Of a stretch of 64,000 nucleotides of DNA, positions 14,300 through 27,380 are shown one piece after another. Both the position numbers and the translations under genes were made by a program. The stretch covers positions 14,942,001 to 15,006,000 of the forward strand of contig JBHGNT010000016.1 in assembly GCA_043228905.1 (NCBI GenBank), written 5' to 3'. How positions within the stretch are numbered: the first letter of the stretch is position 1; each line of letters begins with the position of its first letter. Under the pieces are notes generated by a model that worked only from the letters and a program-made list of their open reading frames with translations, did not search any database and was not told the origin of the DNA. Origin of the DNA: Azolla caroliniana (lineage: Eukaryota > Plantae > Polypodiophyta).

Positions 14300-17200
14300 A
14301 TGGTGCTCGTCGCTGCCGTGAGGGACTACATCTCGCGTATGCTCAGCGACATCGCAGGAATGAAGGTCCTCATCCTCGATGCTCACACGGTATTTGCTCT
14401 TCTAATCCCCCCCTCTCTCTCCCCTCCCTTTTCTCTTCCTTTCATCCTTTGTCCACTTTTCCTTCTATGATCCGCGTCAGAGATAGCTTGCTGTGTTAGG
14501 ATTTACTTCAGTCTGCATCTTGTTTTTCAGTTTGTGGTATACTCTCGAATGAGTTTAAAAGCATGTCACAGAGATTTACGGAGAATCTAGATTTTTTGAA
14601 AGAAAGACACAGATTCTTGAAAGAGATTCAAGGGGAACCGAAGTTTCTGGAAGTGATTTGGAAGATAGTGGAGGAGAATCTGCAGAAAGAGCTTAGGGAG
14701 AATCTAGATTCTTAGAGATATTTATTAAGAATGTATTCCGAAAAAGGATCGAGGAGAGTCTAGGCTCGTAGAGATGTTGTGGTGAATCTAGATACTTGAA
14801 AGGGATGAAGAAAATCCACATTCATGAAAGAGAAAACTCATATTAGTGTGTAAATTTATCTAAATTCTTGTTGTTCTTATGCTCAAATTCACAAACTTTG
14901 AACACTCATTATGTCCAATTGTACACGTGGCACATCGCCTCTTAATTTCAAGATCTATTGTGTTTCTGTACAGTATTAATCTCTTTCATAAGAACGAAAA
15001 AGTATAAAATGCTGAATAAAATCAAGAAGAGATTAATTGTGGTCACAAATGCGTGCAAAATATGCATGGGAAAAAAGTGCTTTATGCAACATATGCTATT
15101 ATGTTCGGTCATATCTCATCTTACTGTCTAAATCTTTGTCATTTGTTTTGAAAATCCGGTAGGTTGGCATCATAAGTGTGGTGTTCAGTCAATCGGAGTT
15201 ACTGCAGAAAGAAGTTTTCTTAGTTGAGACTATAGATTCTTTGGCCAAGGACTTGATGACACATCTGAAGGCAGTATGTTTTCTGCGACCGACTGCTGAA
15301 AATATGCAGCATTTGAAAAGGATTCTGAGAAACCCCCGATTTGGAGAATATCACCTATGTAAGATTTTGCAATTGCAAAAGAAGACGATTCTTTTTAGTC
15401 TTAGACCACTAGTTATTTTAGAATTGATTCTTGCTGATTTTCTCATGTCAGATTTCTCCAATATCTTGAAGAACTCTTACATCCAGATCTTGGGAGATTC
15501 GGATGAGCACGAGGCAGTACAACAAGTCCAGGTTCTTTCTACTTCCTTTGTTAAATCATATATTTACTGTCCATATTATAGAAAGCGTTTGTGTCTGAGA
15601 AAATGATAGAGGAATTGTTTCTCCTCGTAACCAATGGCATGTATGGGATTCTATATGCACAATCTTTTTTTCTTCAGTTCACATGCAAAAAACCATATGG
15701 GGGTCGTATCTCCTTGTGACGAGAAGTAGACAGGATTCTATATCCACCATCATGTTTCTTCAGTATCACATGTATTGATGATACATTAAATTGGCCACTA
15801 CTCTAAAGTGTGGTTCTTATGAAGTTTGGCTGCTCAAAGTCATATAAAATATCGAGTACTCGTAGTAAAATATCGAGTACTCATTGACTTGTTTGCTTTA
15901 CTGCAGTACTCGTAGTAAGAGAAGCTTCTTTCAAAGCCACCGATTTCAGATGGTTTCATATTTAGTATTCTTTTGTATTTTTTAGTAGCACTCTCTCTGC
16001 CTGTGTTGTGCCCCACTGATGTTCACTTAGTATCTGTGTTAGTGTCTTCTCAGTCCCTGTGTTAATGTTTGCTGAATCTCCATTCCAATGTATGGCTTGA
16101 ATTGTCCACACTTGAACATTGAAAAGTGGAAAAAAGTTGAGTGATCAGAGCTGGCGTCATTAAATTGGATAATGAAAGAACATGGATCAGCCCCACAACA
16201 TCTCTTGGTAGGAAGGGTGGCCTACTGTAAGGCACTCCTTTTATGCACATTGGAGGATGGGTTTATTATTAGGCATAAATTGAGATAAGCAAATTTTATG
16301 CAAATCTATAGATTAGGTAGGGGGAGGAATCAGAAGAACACTATGCCTGCCATTGTGCTGTTTTTTATGCAATTAGAGGGAGATAACACTTCCTCTTCAA
16401 ACAAGGTTTTGGCCTATTATGCAAGCTACAGGAATATGAAGATGGACTGTTCTGGGGGCCTATCTTGCTTGAACTCATTAGACATGGGGAGAGAAGTTTT
16501 AGGACAACATGATACATCAACAGCTCACCACAACATATAACCTCTCTATCACTCCTCATGCTACATTTCAAGGCCACACAAGCGAGGTTTCGATCAGGCT
16601 ATAATTGAAAAGGGTTACAATGGATTGGCCTATAGTGATGTGTCGTGCATGTACCCACAATCGTCTGAACCATGGGCCTGTTACCCTTGTCATTGACAAA
16701 TAAAGGCCATTATCACCTAGCATGGAAGGTGTTTCCCTTGTTTCGAAGACCTCTCCTTATTGGATCGTCCATGTTGAACATTTTTCGAAGGCAATAGTTT
16801 CAGAACTTTAGAATCTTAGGTAATTAAATAACTAAATTTCAGTACCCTATGTTTAGGTATATTTATTTTGGTTGCTCTTATAAACAAGAAACGTTTTGAG
16901 ATGTAATCTCTCAAATGGTCTGACAGTCCATTTTGGTCTCTTAAAAGACATTAGTATGTCTTTCTTTCTTTTAGTTGACTGGATGTCTTATAATCTCTGA
17001 TTGTTTATTGTTCTTCACCAAGATGAGAATGTTTTCAGATCTAATTGATCCTTTGCTGTCATAGGTAACTTTGGCTTCTTAAGAGATGCTAATATATATT
17101 TTCTTCTGTGTGAAGCATATCCTGATTTATAGAAAAAGAGTTGCAGGTGGAGTAAGGGCTAACAGTAATTAACCATTAACAGGTGATACTTGCAGGAGTT

Positions 17201-20200
17201 TTATGGCGATTTTCTTTCTGTTGACCCTTACCATTTTACCCTGAATCTCCCATCAAATCATATATACATGCTTCCTACAATGTTGGATCCGACGGCCATG
17301 CAGCAGATTTGTGACAGAATGGTTGAAGGTATATCAGCAGTGTTCTTGGCTCTAAAAAGGCGTCCAGCAATTCGATACCAACGCAGTTCTGAAATTGCTC
17401 GAAGGGTTGCTCAAGAATCAGCAGTAAGCCTTACATTTACATGTCTAAATGGATATTAATCTGTATGAGAAAATTGATCCAAAAAAATGTGTTGTAGAGA
17501 CTAATGTATGAAGAAGAAAGCGCACTCTTTGATTTCCGACGGACAGAGATATCTCCGCTATTACTTGTAATTGATAGAAGGGATGACCCTGTAACACCTT
17601 TACTCAACCAGTGGACCTACCAGGTTTAAATAAAAACCTTAAAAAACATTCTTTGGTATTAATGTTCAGATGTTATTTGTTCTTTCCTTACCTTATTTTA
17701 TGTGATTTCAGGCTATGGTTCATGAATTGATTGGTATCAAAGATAATAAAGTAACTTTGAAAGAGTCTTCAAAAGTTCAGAAAGATCTCCAGGTAATACA
17801 CAGCATTCTCTAAAAATTTTCTTCTGTTGATTGATCATGTAGTGCACATATAGATTAGACAAAATATTTGAGATGTGATCATAAAGACTTCAGAATGAGT
17901 GTAGACATTATTGCATGGTTTTAGATAAGTGGTTTGAAATATTTTAAAATAATTTCAAAATTTTCTCAAGTATGCAAAAAATTTACAAGCTATATTCCCC
18001 TATTAATAGTTGGAAACTCATTTGAGAAAATGAATTTTTTATACAAATTGGTTTTTATGTCTCTTCTAGAAAGCATTGTAAAATAATATGAAAATGTTCT
18101 CAAATATAAAAAGAATTTATAAACTATATTCCCCTGTTAATAGGGGAACTACTCATTTGAAAAATAGTTTTTTTGTACAAATTATTGTTCTATATCCCTT
18201 CTAGAAAGATTGGAATCAGTTTAAGTGAAGGTTAATGCAAATTTGAGTGAAGGTTATGGGACGTTGAGTAAAGATTATGTAAGTTTTAAGTAAACGCCAA
18301 TGTCCCACATGCTTCAGGGTTTGTTGTCCTGAATTGTAGGCAACCTTAACACAATAAACCAATGGATACAAATTCAGTATGAGTAGAGGATTATAGAGAA
18401 TCTCTCAAAGGTCAATCAGCTTCATTATAAATTAAAATGATCATCCCCTCGGAGGTGTTGATTGTTGGGCAAGTATTGGTCAAACAGTATTCTTTATATT
18501 TTCTGGTAACTGTGCAATTTGATAAAATTGTGAGATTTCTATTTGAGAACGTGTGTGCAAATTATGTCAGGATGTGGACCCCAATGAGAAGGAACAGAAT
18601 TTCCACATAGATTTTTAGCTTCAAATTTGTACTACTGTGCAAATTCTTTGTCACCTTATGGTCATTTTTCGTCATTTTCCTGTAAACACTATCAATTAGT
18701 GTTGTGGAAGTTCTTTACCTTTGTGCCACATTTCTTCTCTTTCCTGTAAACTATTATCATCCCAGAAATGGGACAGTAGCAGAAAGAAATACCTCCAGAG
18801 AAAAGGCAGGTTTGATATGCTTTGACACTTGAACTCATCATGGTTGTGAGGTAATTAAAGGCTACTTGTATTCTACTGCCTTGGGATGACTAATCTGAGG
18901 GCTTATGCCATATTGGCTATCTTTACTAGGTAAAGTGATTCTGTTTCCAAAAGCTTCCCTGTGTCTATCTGTTGCTTGTAACTATATGCTTAGTAAAAAT
19001 GCTGTTAAATCAGTGCGATACTGCTTAAAATGCAGCTGCACTTTTGGACTTTGATGCACATAAAATGGAATGCAATATCAAGAAAGAAACATGTAATTTA
19101 ATTATAACTACAACGTCACTGTTAGCTCAACCATTTTGTGGTTTTCTAAGAAGGCTTATGTCCTTAGGAAGCTTCATTTCTGAGAAATACAAGCCATGTA
19201 CCAAACATATTTGTATCAAGATGATCAAGGTCATCGAATGACCTTTGTTAGTTTTTTGTCTCTTTTCTGATGGTCACGTGTCTCAGGAGGTGGTGTTGTC
19301 ATCAGAGCAAGATGTATTTTTCAAAGCAAATATGTATGAAAATTTTGGGGATCTTGGCATGAATATCAAGAAGATGGTTGATGAATTTCAGCAGAAGGCT
19401 AAAAGCAACCAGAATATCCAAACCCTGGGTAAGAAATCAGTCACATATTGTTTTTCAACTTTCTGTAGTTTATATCATTCATTTAACACTAGCTGTGATT
19501 ATTTAATAGAGGATATGGCAAAATTTGTGGATCACTACCCAGAGTATCGTAAAATGCATGGAAATGTGTCAAAGCATGTTACAATGGTTACTGAGATGAG
19601 CAGGATTGTAGATGAAAGGAGACTGATGGCGGTTTCTCAAATAGAGCAGGACCTTGCATGTAACAATGTTGGACAAGCTGCTGCTTTTGATGTAGGTTTT
19701 CTTAATCTGTGTATTACAAATTTGAATATTGGTTATGCATTTTATTGTAAATGGTTTATGATCTTTTATTGTTATCTTCCATTTTTAATCTGGAAATATC
19801 TTTATCCCATCTGTAAAATAATCATGGAAATATTAATTTGGGGGTGAGGATTTTCGGCATAGAATTGTGCTAGTTATAAGGTGAAAGCCATGTACTCTTT
19901 GGCTATACCTAGATTCTTTTGCAGTAATACTGAGGTAGGCTCTACAGTAATTGCTCAAAGAGCCTAGAGAGGTCGCTTGTATATGAAGCTCTGTATGAGA
20001 TAACAAAAAAGTATATATCAGTCTTAGTTTCCAAACATGGTTATTGTGAAATGATTTCAGCAGGTTTGTATCACAAGATGGCCAAAAATGAGTGGCATGT
20101 TTCAGCATCACAGCCAGGGATGAAACATGACCCAGACTGCTTCTTTGCTGTTTTCCCACGTTTTGGATCCCTTTTTGCATGTATTCGGCCTATTACTATC

Positions 20201-21855
20201 TGTTTTCTACACATAATTGATGTGAACCTAGACTATCACAATGTATCTTGATGGGAGCATTTAACTGTTGTACTAATTATTTTGCAGGCAGTCATGAGAG
20301 AATTGAATAATGAAAATATGGCAGAAGCAGATAGATTAAGATTGGTGATGCTTTATGCTTTACGTTTTGAAAAGGAAAACCCGCCACAGATGGAGGTTCT
20401 CATTAATAAGCTGGAAGGAAAGTCTAGCAAACACAAACCTGGCGTAGGGATCTCTTATGCTTTCCCTGTAAACCTTAACGTTAACGTTCAGATTTTAATA
20501 TGATATGTTTGCATAATGCACAGCTCGTGCATACACTCTTGAAGCAAGCGGGCATTGATAAACGGACTGGAGATCTATATGGAAATCGGGATTTGCTGAA
20601 TCGAGCACGGAACATGGCACGTGGATTGAAGGTTATGATGCTATTCCATACTATTGAAGGTTATGTGTTTCTTTAAAATATAAAGTTTAAGACTATCTTA
20701 AAGAAACACACGTAGTTTATGAAGTAAATGATCACAATGGAAAATATTAAAGAAACTTAGGCATTAAATCCTATTGTCATGTTAACTGTGATAATGGAAC
20801 TGTGAATATATAACATCAGCCACAGAGCAGTATTTATAATATGAAGGTATGTTATCTGTTTGGGCTAACTCTATTTTTGCATAGGGGATTGAGAATGTAT
20901 ATACTCAACATCAGCCTCTTCTATATCAAACAATTGAAAGCATTATAAGGGGACGCCTGAGGGATATTGACTATCCATTCATAGGCAATCATTTCCAGCA
21001 TGGCAGGTTATTTGAAATCTTTTGTAACTTGTGATACGATTTTTTTTCATATTGAATCATAAACTAATACTTCATCATAAATCATCCAGTATTATATTAG
21101 AGGCATGCCCCACTAAGTTATGATAGATTTATTATAAAATTTTGAAAATTTGGTAAAGCATCGTCTCAATCCTGTTTTCATATTGTAATAAAATTTAGGA
21201 GATTTATTTTCTCTATACCTGGTAGTTTTCTAAAGACTTGGTTTTTACAAGAATGGACTTCAAAAAAATATAACCAAGGAAAGTTCGCTCATTTTTTGTT
21301 TCAAAGTACAAACATTTTGTTTTACTACAGTTTTTCTTTTATATCCTGATTGATTGTACTAGTTATAACTAGAAAATAATAATCAATTTTCTAATAACAT
21401 TATTAACTTTGTAGTGACAAGTGGCCTCATAGATCACAACTATTGAAATACAAGTTCTAGAAAGATGAAATGCTTAAGCGTTTTATTACTCCATTTTATT
21501 CTCAATAAGGATTAGTATGTGTACATTTGAGGAAAACTTTAACACCTCATATGCCTTTTATGATTTACCTTTTATTAAATCAGGCCTCAAGATGTCGTTA
21601 TATTCATTGTGGGTGGATCAACATATGAAGAAGCTCGAACAGTTGCAATGCAAAATGCAGCGAACAATGGGACTCGGGTGATCCTTGGTGGATCAATGGT
21701 TCTCAACTCAGCCAGGTATCATTTACATTTAACCATTCAAACACTCATTCCAGTTGTGATTGTAAAGAGGATTCATGCCACATTCTCATTTTCTTGGTAG
21801 ATTTATAAGAGACCTCGAGGAGATCCAACGCATGGAGCATGGGAATCTGATATAA
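14300..21855 (+). CDS. VPS45: Vacuolar protein sorting 45 (Sec1/Munc18 family), ~13 exons
   Basis: Starts [27 protein letters not shown]. Later exons encode [59 protein letters not shown] and GGSTYEEAR; stop TAA at 21853-21855; GT-AG introns. Confidence 0.95.
16050..16970 (+). mobile_element. Decayed LINE ORF2 3' fragment in a VPS45 intron
   Basis: The remnant peptide [13 protein letters not shown] resembles SLAGRVVVVNHIL of the LINE at ~52.1 kb; the fragment ends in the inverted copy of the terminal block seen at 1381 and 2136. Confidence 0.5.
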
Positions 21856-23833
21856 CTTGACTTGGTAATCTAGACTTTTTGCTGTTTTGGAATAGAAAAT
21901 ATCACATAACATTGTAAAATTTTGTATCCTATATTCAAGTATTTTGATAATTTTTGTTTCTTAAAAGACTCACTACAGAATTGACAAAGAGCAGCGTAAA
22001 AAAAATGTTATAAGTTATTACTCACTAAATTTCATGACTTAAGAATATAAATGATCTGGAGTCTTATATCCCACTTCGTTTTATTTTAATCAAAATCAAT
22101 CTACTGTGATGATAAGAGGGCTACTGTTGATTGTGAAGTGGTTTCACATATTTCATCAATCTGTCATATCTATTTGATGTCCATAATAGAGACTTAGATG
22201 CTTACAAGGCCATGTCGAAGTTGCAATAAATGCGATTGGAAACCGTTCGAGTTCTTTTGGAAGTGTTTGAATGAGGGTGATTGGAACAGTTGGTTTCGGT
22301 TGATCAAATTTGCAAGGTTTATGGATGTTTGCGTACAAATATCTGATGTAAAGTTTAGAAATGATCATTTGTCAGCTACTGCTACAGGCTATATCATTGA
22401 AGGATGTAATAATAGAGAATGTTTCTTAACCAAGTAGCTTACTGAATTATCACATGCACAATGGATCAATTTTCAATTTCTAAGGAAAATCTTCAGTAAT
22501 TTAACAATGGATTCAAAGGAACAACTTCATTATGTTATGATGCAAAGCATTCTTGGTTTTATATAGAAGCGGGATTGAGAAGATTCAGCCTTCATTGATC
22601 CTACGTGAATTTTGGGCTATCTTTTGTAGTCTTCCAGAGCACAGAACATTTTGTTGTCTTAATGGGCATTTAATCTTTGGCCCTTCATCGAGATGTGGAG
22701 TTGCACTTGTCTATTTTGCTTTACTCTGGATACATGAAAATTAAAGTAAAATAACCAAAGCTTACTGCATTGCATAAGAGTCAACAGTGATTACAAAGTG
22801 GCATTATATGGTGTTGGTTGTTGGCAAGATTGATTTGTGTTTTGCTGGATGTGGCAGGGTACCTTTGATAAAGCCACTTGTTTGTAGAAAAGTTTCCTGT
22901 GTTCATGTTTTGTATTGGGAAAATCTTGTTCGTGGAAAGTTATATAGGGGGTTGCTCATCGGAGCCTATGGGCATATTCAAATCGCAGAGGCACTTTTTT
23001 TATGTCTTCTAGCCACACCAAGATTGTTAGCTTGGTAAGGATTGAATTTTGCCTCAATGGTGGGATGTGGACATTGATGGGTTTTAGAGTCTCAAAGCTT
23101 ATTAGAATTAGTGCTAGTTGCTCAAGTGAGCTTTGTTCTCACTTTGTTTAAACACTCTTACACTCACTAATAATCAAGATGCATTAGTGTTGCACACACT
23201 AAACAAAGTTTAATAATTAGAAAATACATGATGCTAAAGCAAGACATCTTATTATTACCAACATGATCAACATTATGGAACAGGATTAGAGTGCAGATGA
23301 CTTTGTCATTTTTATTTATTTTTCCAAAACCAAAACCGTCCATTAGTTATAAAACTTATAGTAACATATACAAATCCCAAAACAAACTCAATAGTTCGAT
23401 CTTATATGGAGGCCTATTGACTCACGAAAAGGGGAGGGCGACCATTGTTTGATGAACACTAATTGTTTTCTTTAAGCTCCATTAGATCCATTTGTGATGT
23501 GCCATCATATTGGCTCTTTAGTGTGGCTACAACTTCACTCCATATCTCTTGCATTAAGATTGCGTGGTGCTTGGTGCACAATTTGATTGGAGAAGACCCA
23601 CCTACAATGCCGCTTCTAGAGAGTCCATAGTGTTATTGGGCTGACCGATACTAGCACAACTTGATCATTGCCATTGATGAGAGTTGAGTGAACATTGTTG
23701 GTGGTGGAAAACAAGATCTTTTGTGCATGACTTTGACACTTGGTTGACACTTCTTCTTCCTTCCCTCTTCTTCTGCTTCCTCCTACTTCGGTCTTGTGGT
23801 AGCATAGGAGCCATCGATAAAGGACAAGCAAGT

Positions 23834-24400
23834 TCATGATGAGATTGTGGTGAAGGGTTTGTTGAAGGAAGATGGCCTTCTTGGAACTGCCTTATTTGAT
23901 ATGTATGTCAAATGTGGTTTGCTTGCAAAAGCACAAGATGTGCATGACAAGATACAAACACGAGATATCATTTCCCGGAATACTTTAATCTTCGGGGGGA
24001 TATGCCCAACATGTTTGTTGGATGTCATGGGTATAATAATGAAGCGGTGGAATGTTTTGAAGGGATGCAGATGAAGCATCTCTTTCCGTACATAATAACC
24101 TTCTTATGTTTGTTGGATGCATGCTGTTACTTGTGGAGATTGAATGAATCTCCATATGTATTTATGACTGGAACATATGGCATTTCACCAAACTCAGGGC
24201 ACTATACTTGCATGATTGTGGCATTTGGAAATGCTGGACACTTTGATAAAGTAATTTCGATTATCAAAATGATGCCAGCATCCAATGATCCTATTGATTG
24301 GCTTGCCTTAGCCAATGCTTGTAAAAAGATTGGGGAAATGTGAAGCTGGGAAGATTGGCATTTCATCAGATAGCACCCCTAGAAAGATCACCTAACTGCA
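23834..24400 (+). pseudogene. PLS/E-class PPR pseudogene fragment
   Basis: LGTALFDMYVKCGLLAKAQDVHDKI, HGYNNEAVECFEGM, YGISPNSGHYTCMI and WLALANACK lie in shifted frames with stops. Confidence 0.8.
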
Positions 24401-24863
24401 GGTTTTGTTGTTCTTATGTCAAAATCAGTTGAATTCTGGAGGAGCTGTTGATTTAGCCACTATATTGCGGTGATCTTCAACAGAAGCCCAGGAAACAAGA
24501 ACACCAAAAGTATAGAATAATATTAGAACAGAAATTTGATCGTCCATGCTGAGGCCAAATTTGACCTAATTTGGGACCTAATGAACGTATCATCATCTCT
24601 CATATGGGGCTCCTTCCTAAGAAGGTAGGCAAATGGCGATGTGAGAAGACATGTAGCTTACATGCATTCTATGCTCAATTAAGAGTGCCAAGTGTCCTTC
24701 ATGCATCCCTTATGCATGTGCGCCAAGTGTCCTTCATAGTATATGCCAAGTATTCTTCATAAATTGCCATATGTAAAGAGGTTTGGCTTAGGTTAAAGCA
24801 TTCTGGTTCAACTCCAATCTTTAAATTCCAAAGTAAGTATTTACTGTTGAATCTACAGTCTAC

Positions 24864-26927
24864 ATGGGTGGTGGTACAGAAACAATTTTGCTTCCCCAAC
24901 CTTTCCCAACTACAGATAGCCCAGCTGCACCCCCTCCATCCAAATTTTTGGCTCCTTTCCTTCGGAAAAATCCGTTACCCACAAATGCTTTTTGGCAAAA
25001 CTTTATACTGAACCAAGGATCGGCTCCAGAGTACATACATCCATACAGTATCAAGGCCGAAGATGGTGGCCTTTCCATATGTTACCCCTCTCGGGTAGTT
25101 CAACCTAATTGCATTTCTCAAGCTTTCGCCCCCGATCTCACCATTAAAACTCGCAGCGGTAAGCATGTGGTATCGCACTTTGATGATCTCAGTGTTACTC
25201 TTGAATTCCGAAGTGGTATGTCTGTTCCCTTGGTGAGAGGATGCCCCTATATCACATTTGTTTTCCACGATAGCTCGGTCCTTCAATTCTCCACCATACA
25301 TACTGTGCAGAAGCTTGTGCCCAATGAGGATCGCACGAAGCACAGGGTCATTTTCAATAATGGACAAACATGGCTTATTTATAGCTCCGAGCGGCTTGAG
25401 TTGTCGCAGAATCTTCACGGGAGTCGTAATTTCGAAGGGGTTATAAGAGTGGCTTTGCTCCCAAGTAATAGTGAGGCCGAAGACATTTTGGACCGATTCA
25501 GTTCAGCAGCCTATCCGATCGAGGGACATGCCACTATGTCTGGCATCTCATTTCAATTAACTTATGAATGGAAGAAAAGTGGTCAGGGGGAACTGTTGAT
25601 GCTTAGCCTTCCCATGCATAGAGAGATCATGTCTTCACCATCTCCATCATCTCCTGACAGCATACTTCCAGGTCTTGCATACAAGAGCATGGATGGAGAT
25701 ATGCATGGGGTTGTGGGCGATTCTTGGGTGTTGAATGAGACCCCTATATCTGTGGGATGGTATTCGTCCAAAGGCATATCTGACCAAGTACACCGGGATA
25801 CAGTTGCCAAAGCCCTTAGGAAGGAGGTTCGGGAATTGACCTTGACCGAGATAACTACTGACAGAACCTACTTGTATGGAAAAGCTGTGGCCCGTGCTGC
25901 GAGAATGGCCTTAATAGCTGAGGAGGTAGGGGCTCTTGATCTTTTGGAAATGATCAGATATTTTCTTATAGATTCTCTTACGCCATGGATGGATGGGAAG
26001 TTTGATGCCAATGCTCTTCTTTATGATGAGAAGTGGGGTGGATTGACAAGCCGGAACGGTTCAAAAAACGGTGGGGCAGACTATGGTTTCGGATTATACA
26101 ATGATCATCATATTCATTTGGGATATTTCGTGTATGCTGGGGCAGTGTTAAAGAAATTAGATCCTCAATGGGGAATGGAATACATGGCCCATCTTTATAC
26201 AATGGTAGAGGATTACATGAGTTTCCATCACTACAATCACCATGTACGTTTACATGATCATGATCAACATACACCTCACCATAATATGATGGTTTCTCGA
26301 AGTGGACCGCTTTTCCCGAGGTTTCGGAATTTCGACTTTTGGGTGCTTCATTCGTGGGGAGGTGGTTTAACTGAATTTCTCGATGGCCGAAACCAAGAGA
26401 ACTCAAGCGAAGCAGTGAATGCTTATTACTCAGCTGCCCTTCTAGGACTAGCCTTTGGAGATAGTAACCTAGTCAATGCAGGATTTACACTCATGGCCTT
26501 TGAGATTCGAACAGCTCGTGCTCTTTGGCATATACCATCAGATAGCACACTCTATGAAGGAAGCTTTGTATCCAGACATCGGATGGTTGGAGTGTTATGG
26601 GCAAACAAAAGGGACACTCGCCTCTGGTTTGCAGCCGAGGATTCGAGGGAAAAACGACTCGGCGTCCAAGTTTTGCCCATCCTTCCCATTACTGAAATTC
26701 TCTTTCCGGATATTGGATTTGCGAGGGAGCTTGTAGAGTGGGTACAATCATCACTGCATAGGTCTGGTGTAGAAGACAGTTGGAAAGGTTTTGTCTATGC
26801 ATTGCAAACACTCTATGCACCGCAAAAAGCCTTGACAAATGTGAAGGCTTTATCGGGACATGATAATGGCAACTCCTTGTCCAACATGTTGTGGTGGATT
26901 TATTCGAGAGATGGGACTCCAGAATAG
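24864..26927 (+). CDS. Glycoside hydrolase family 81 endo-1,3(4)-beta-glucanase (beta-glucan-binding protein type), intronless
   Basis: 687-aa ORF with PLPTNAFWQN, PLVRGCPYIT, DYGFGLYNDHH.HLGYF, FRNFDFW.LHSW.GG and catalytic DGRNQENSSEAVNAY. Confidence 0.95.
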   Translation: MGGGTETILLPQPFPTTDSPAAPPPSKFLAPFLRKNPLPTNAFWQNFILNQGSAPEYIHPYSIKAEDGGLSICYPSRVVQPNCISQAFAPDLTIKTRSGKHVVSHFDDLSVTLEFRSGMSVPLVRGCPYITFVFHDSSVLQFSTIHTVQKLVPNEDRTKHRVIFNNGQTWLIYSSERLELSQNLHGSRNFEGVIRVALLPSNSEAEDILDRFSSAAYPIEGHATMSGISFQLTYEWKKSGQGELLMLSLPMHREIMSSPSPSSPDSILPGLAYKSMDGDMHGVVGDSWVLNETPISVGWYSSKGISDQVHRDTVAKALRKEVRELTLTEITTDRTYLYGKAVARAARMALIAEEVGALDLLEMIRYFLIDSLTPWMDGKFDANALLYDEKWGGLTSRNGSKNGGADYGFGLYNDHHIHLGYFVYAGAVLKKLDPQWGMEYMAHLYTMVEDYMSFHHYNHHVRLHDHDQHTPHHNMMVSRSGPLFPRFRNFDFWVLHSWGGGLTEFLDGRNQENSSEAVNAYYSAALLGLAFGDSNLVNAGFTLMAFEIRTARALWHIPSDSTLYEGSFVSRHRMVGVLWANKRDTRLWFAAEDSREKRLGVQVLPILPITEILFPDIGFARELVEWVQSSLHRSGVEDSWKGFVYALQTLYAPQKALTNVKALSGHDNGNSLSNMLWWIYSRDGTPE

Positions 26928-27099
26928 TGAAGGCCTGATTTATGTTGTGATAGTAGACATTAAGGGTATTGAATAAAGGTTAGAGACCAAGGAAAATCCT
27001 TTTGTCACTGCACATGAGGGTGGGATGATTTGACATGATGCATTCGTGTACAGTGCTTACTTTCCATGAGCTCAAAATCTTGACATGTGTTTGTATGTG

Positions 27100-27380
27100 A
27101 CCTTTTTAGTAGTACCTGGAGCTTAATAATCTTGATATGGTCATTGTATTTATGTTACCTTTTTGGTAGTACCTGGAGCTTAATAATCTTGATATGGTCA
27201 TTGTATTTATGTTACCTTTTTTGTAGTACCTGGAGCTTAATAACCTTTTTTGTAGTACCTGGAGCTTAATAACCTTTTTTGTAGTACCTGGAGCTTAATA
27301 ATCTTGATATGGTCATTGTATTTATGTTATACCCTTTTTGTAGTACCTGGAGCTTAATAATCTTGATATGGTCATTGTGT
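27100..27380. repeat. Compound minisatellite (~58-bp units with ~29-bp sub-units)
   Basis: Repeated GTAGTACCTGGAGCTTAATAA(TCTTGATATGGTCATTGT); a further diverged copy lies near 27550. Confidence 0.9.
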
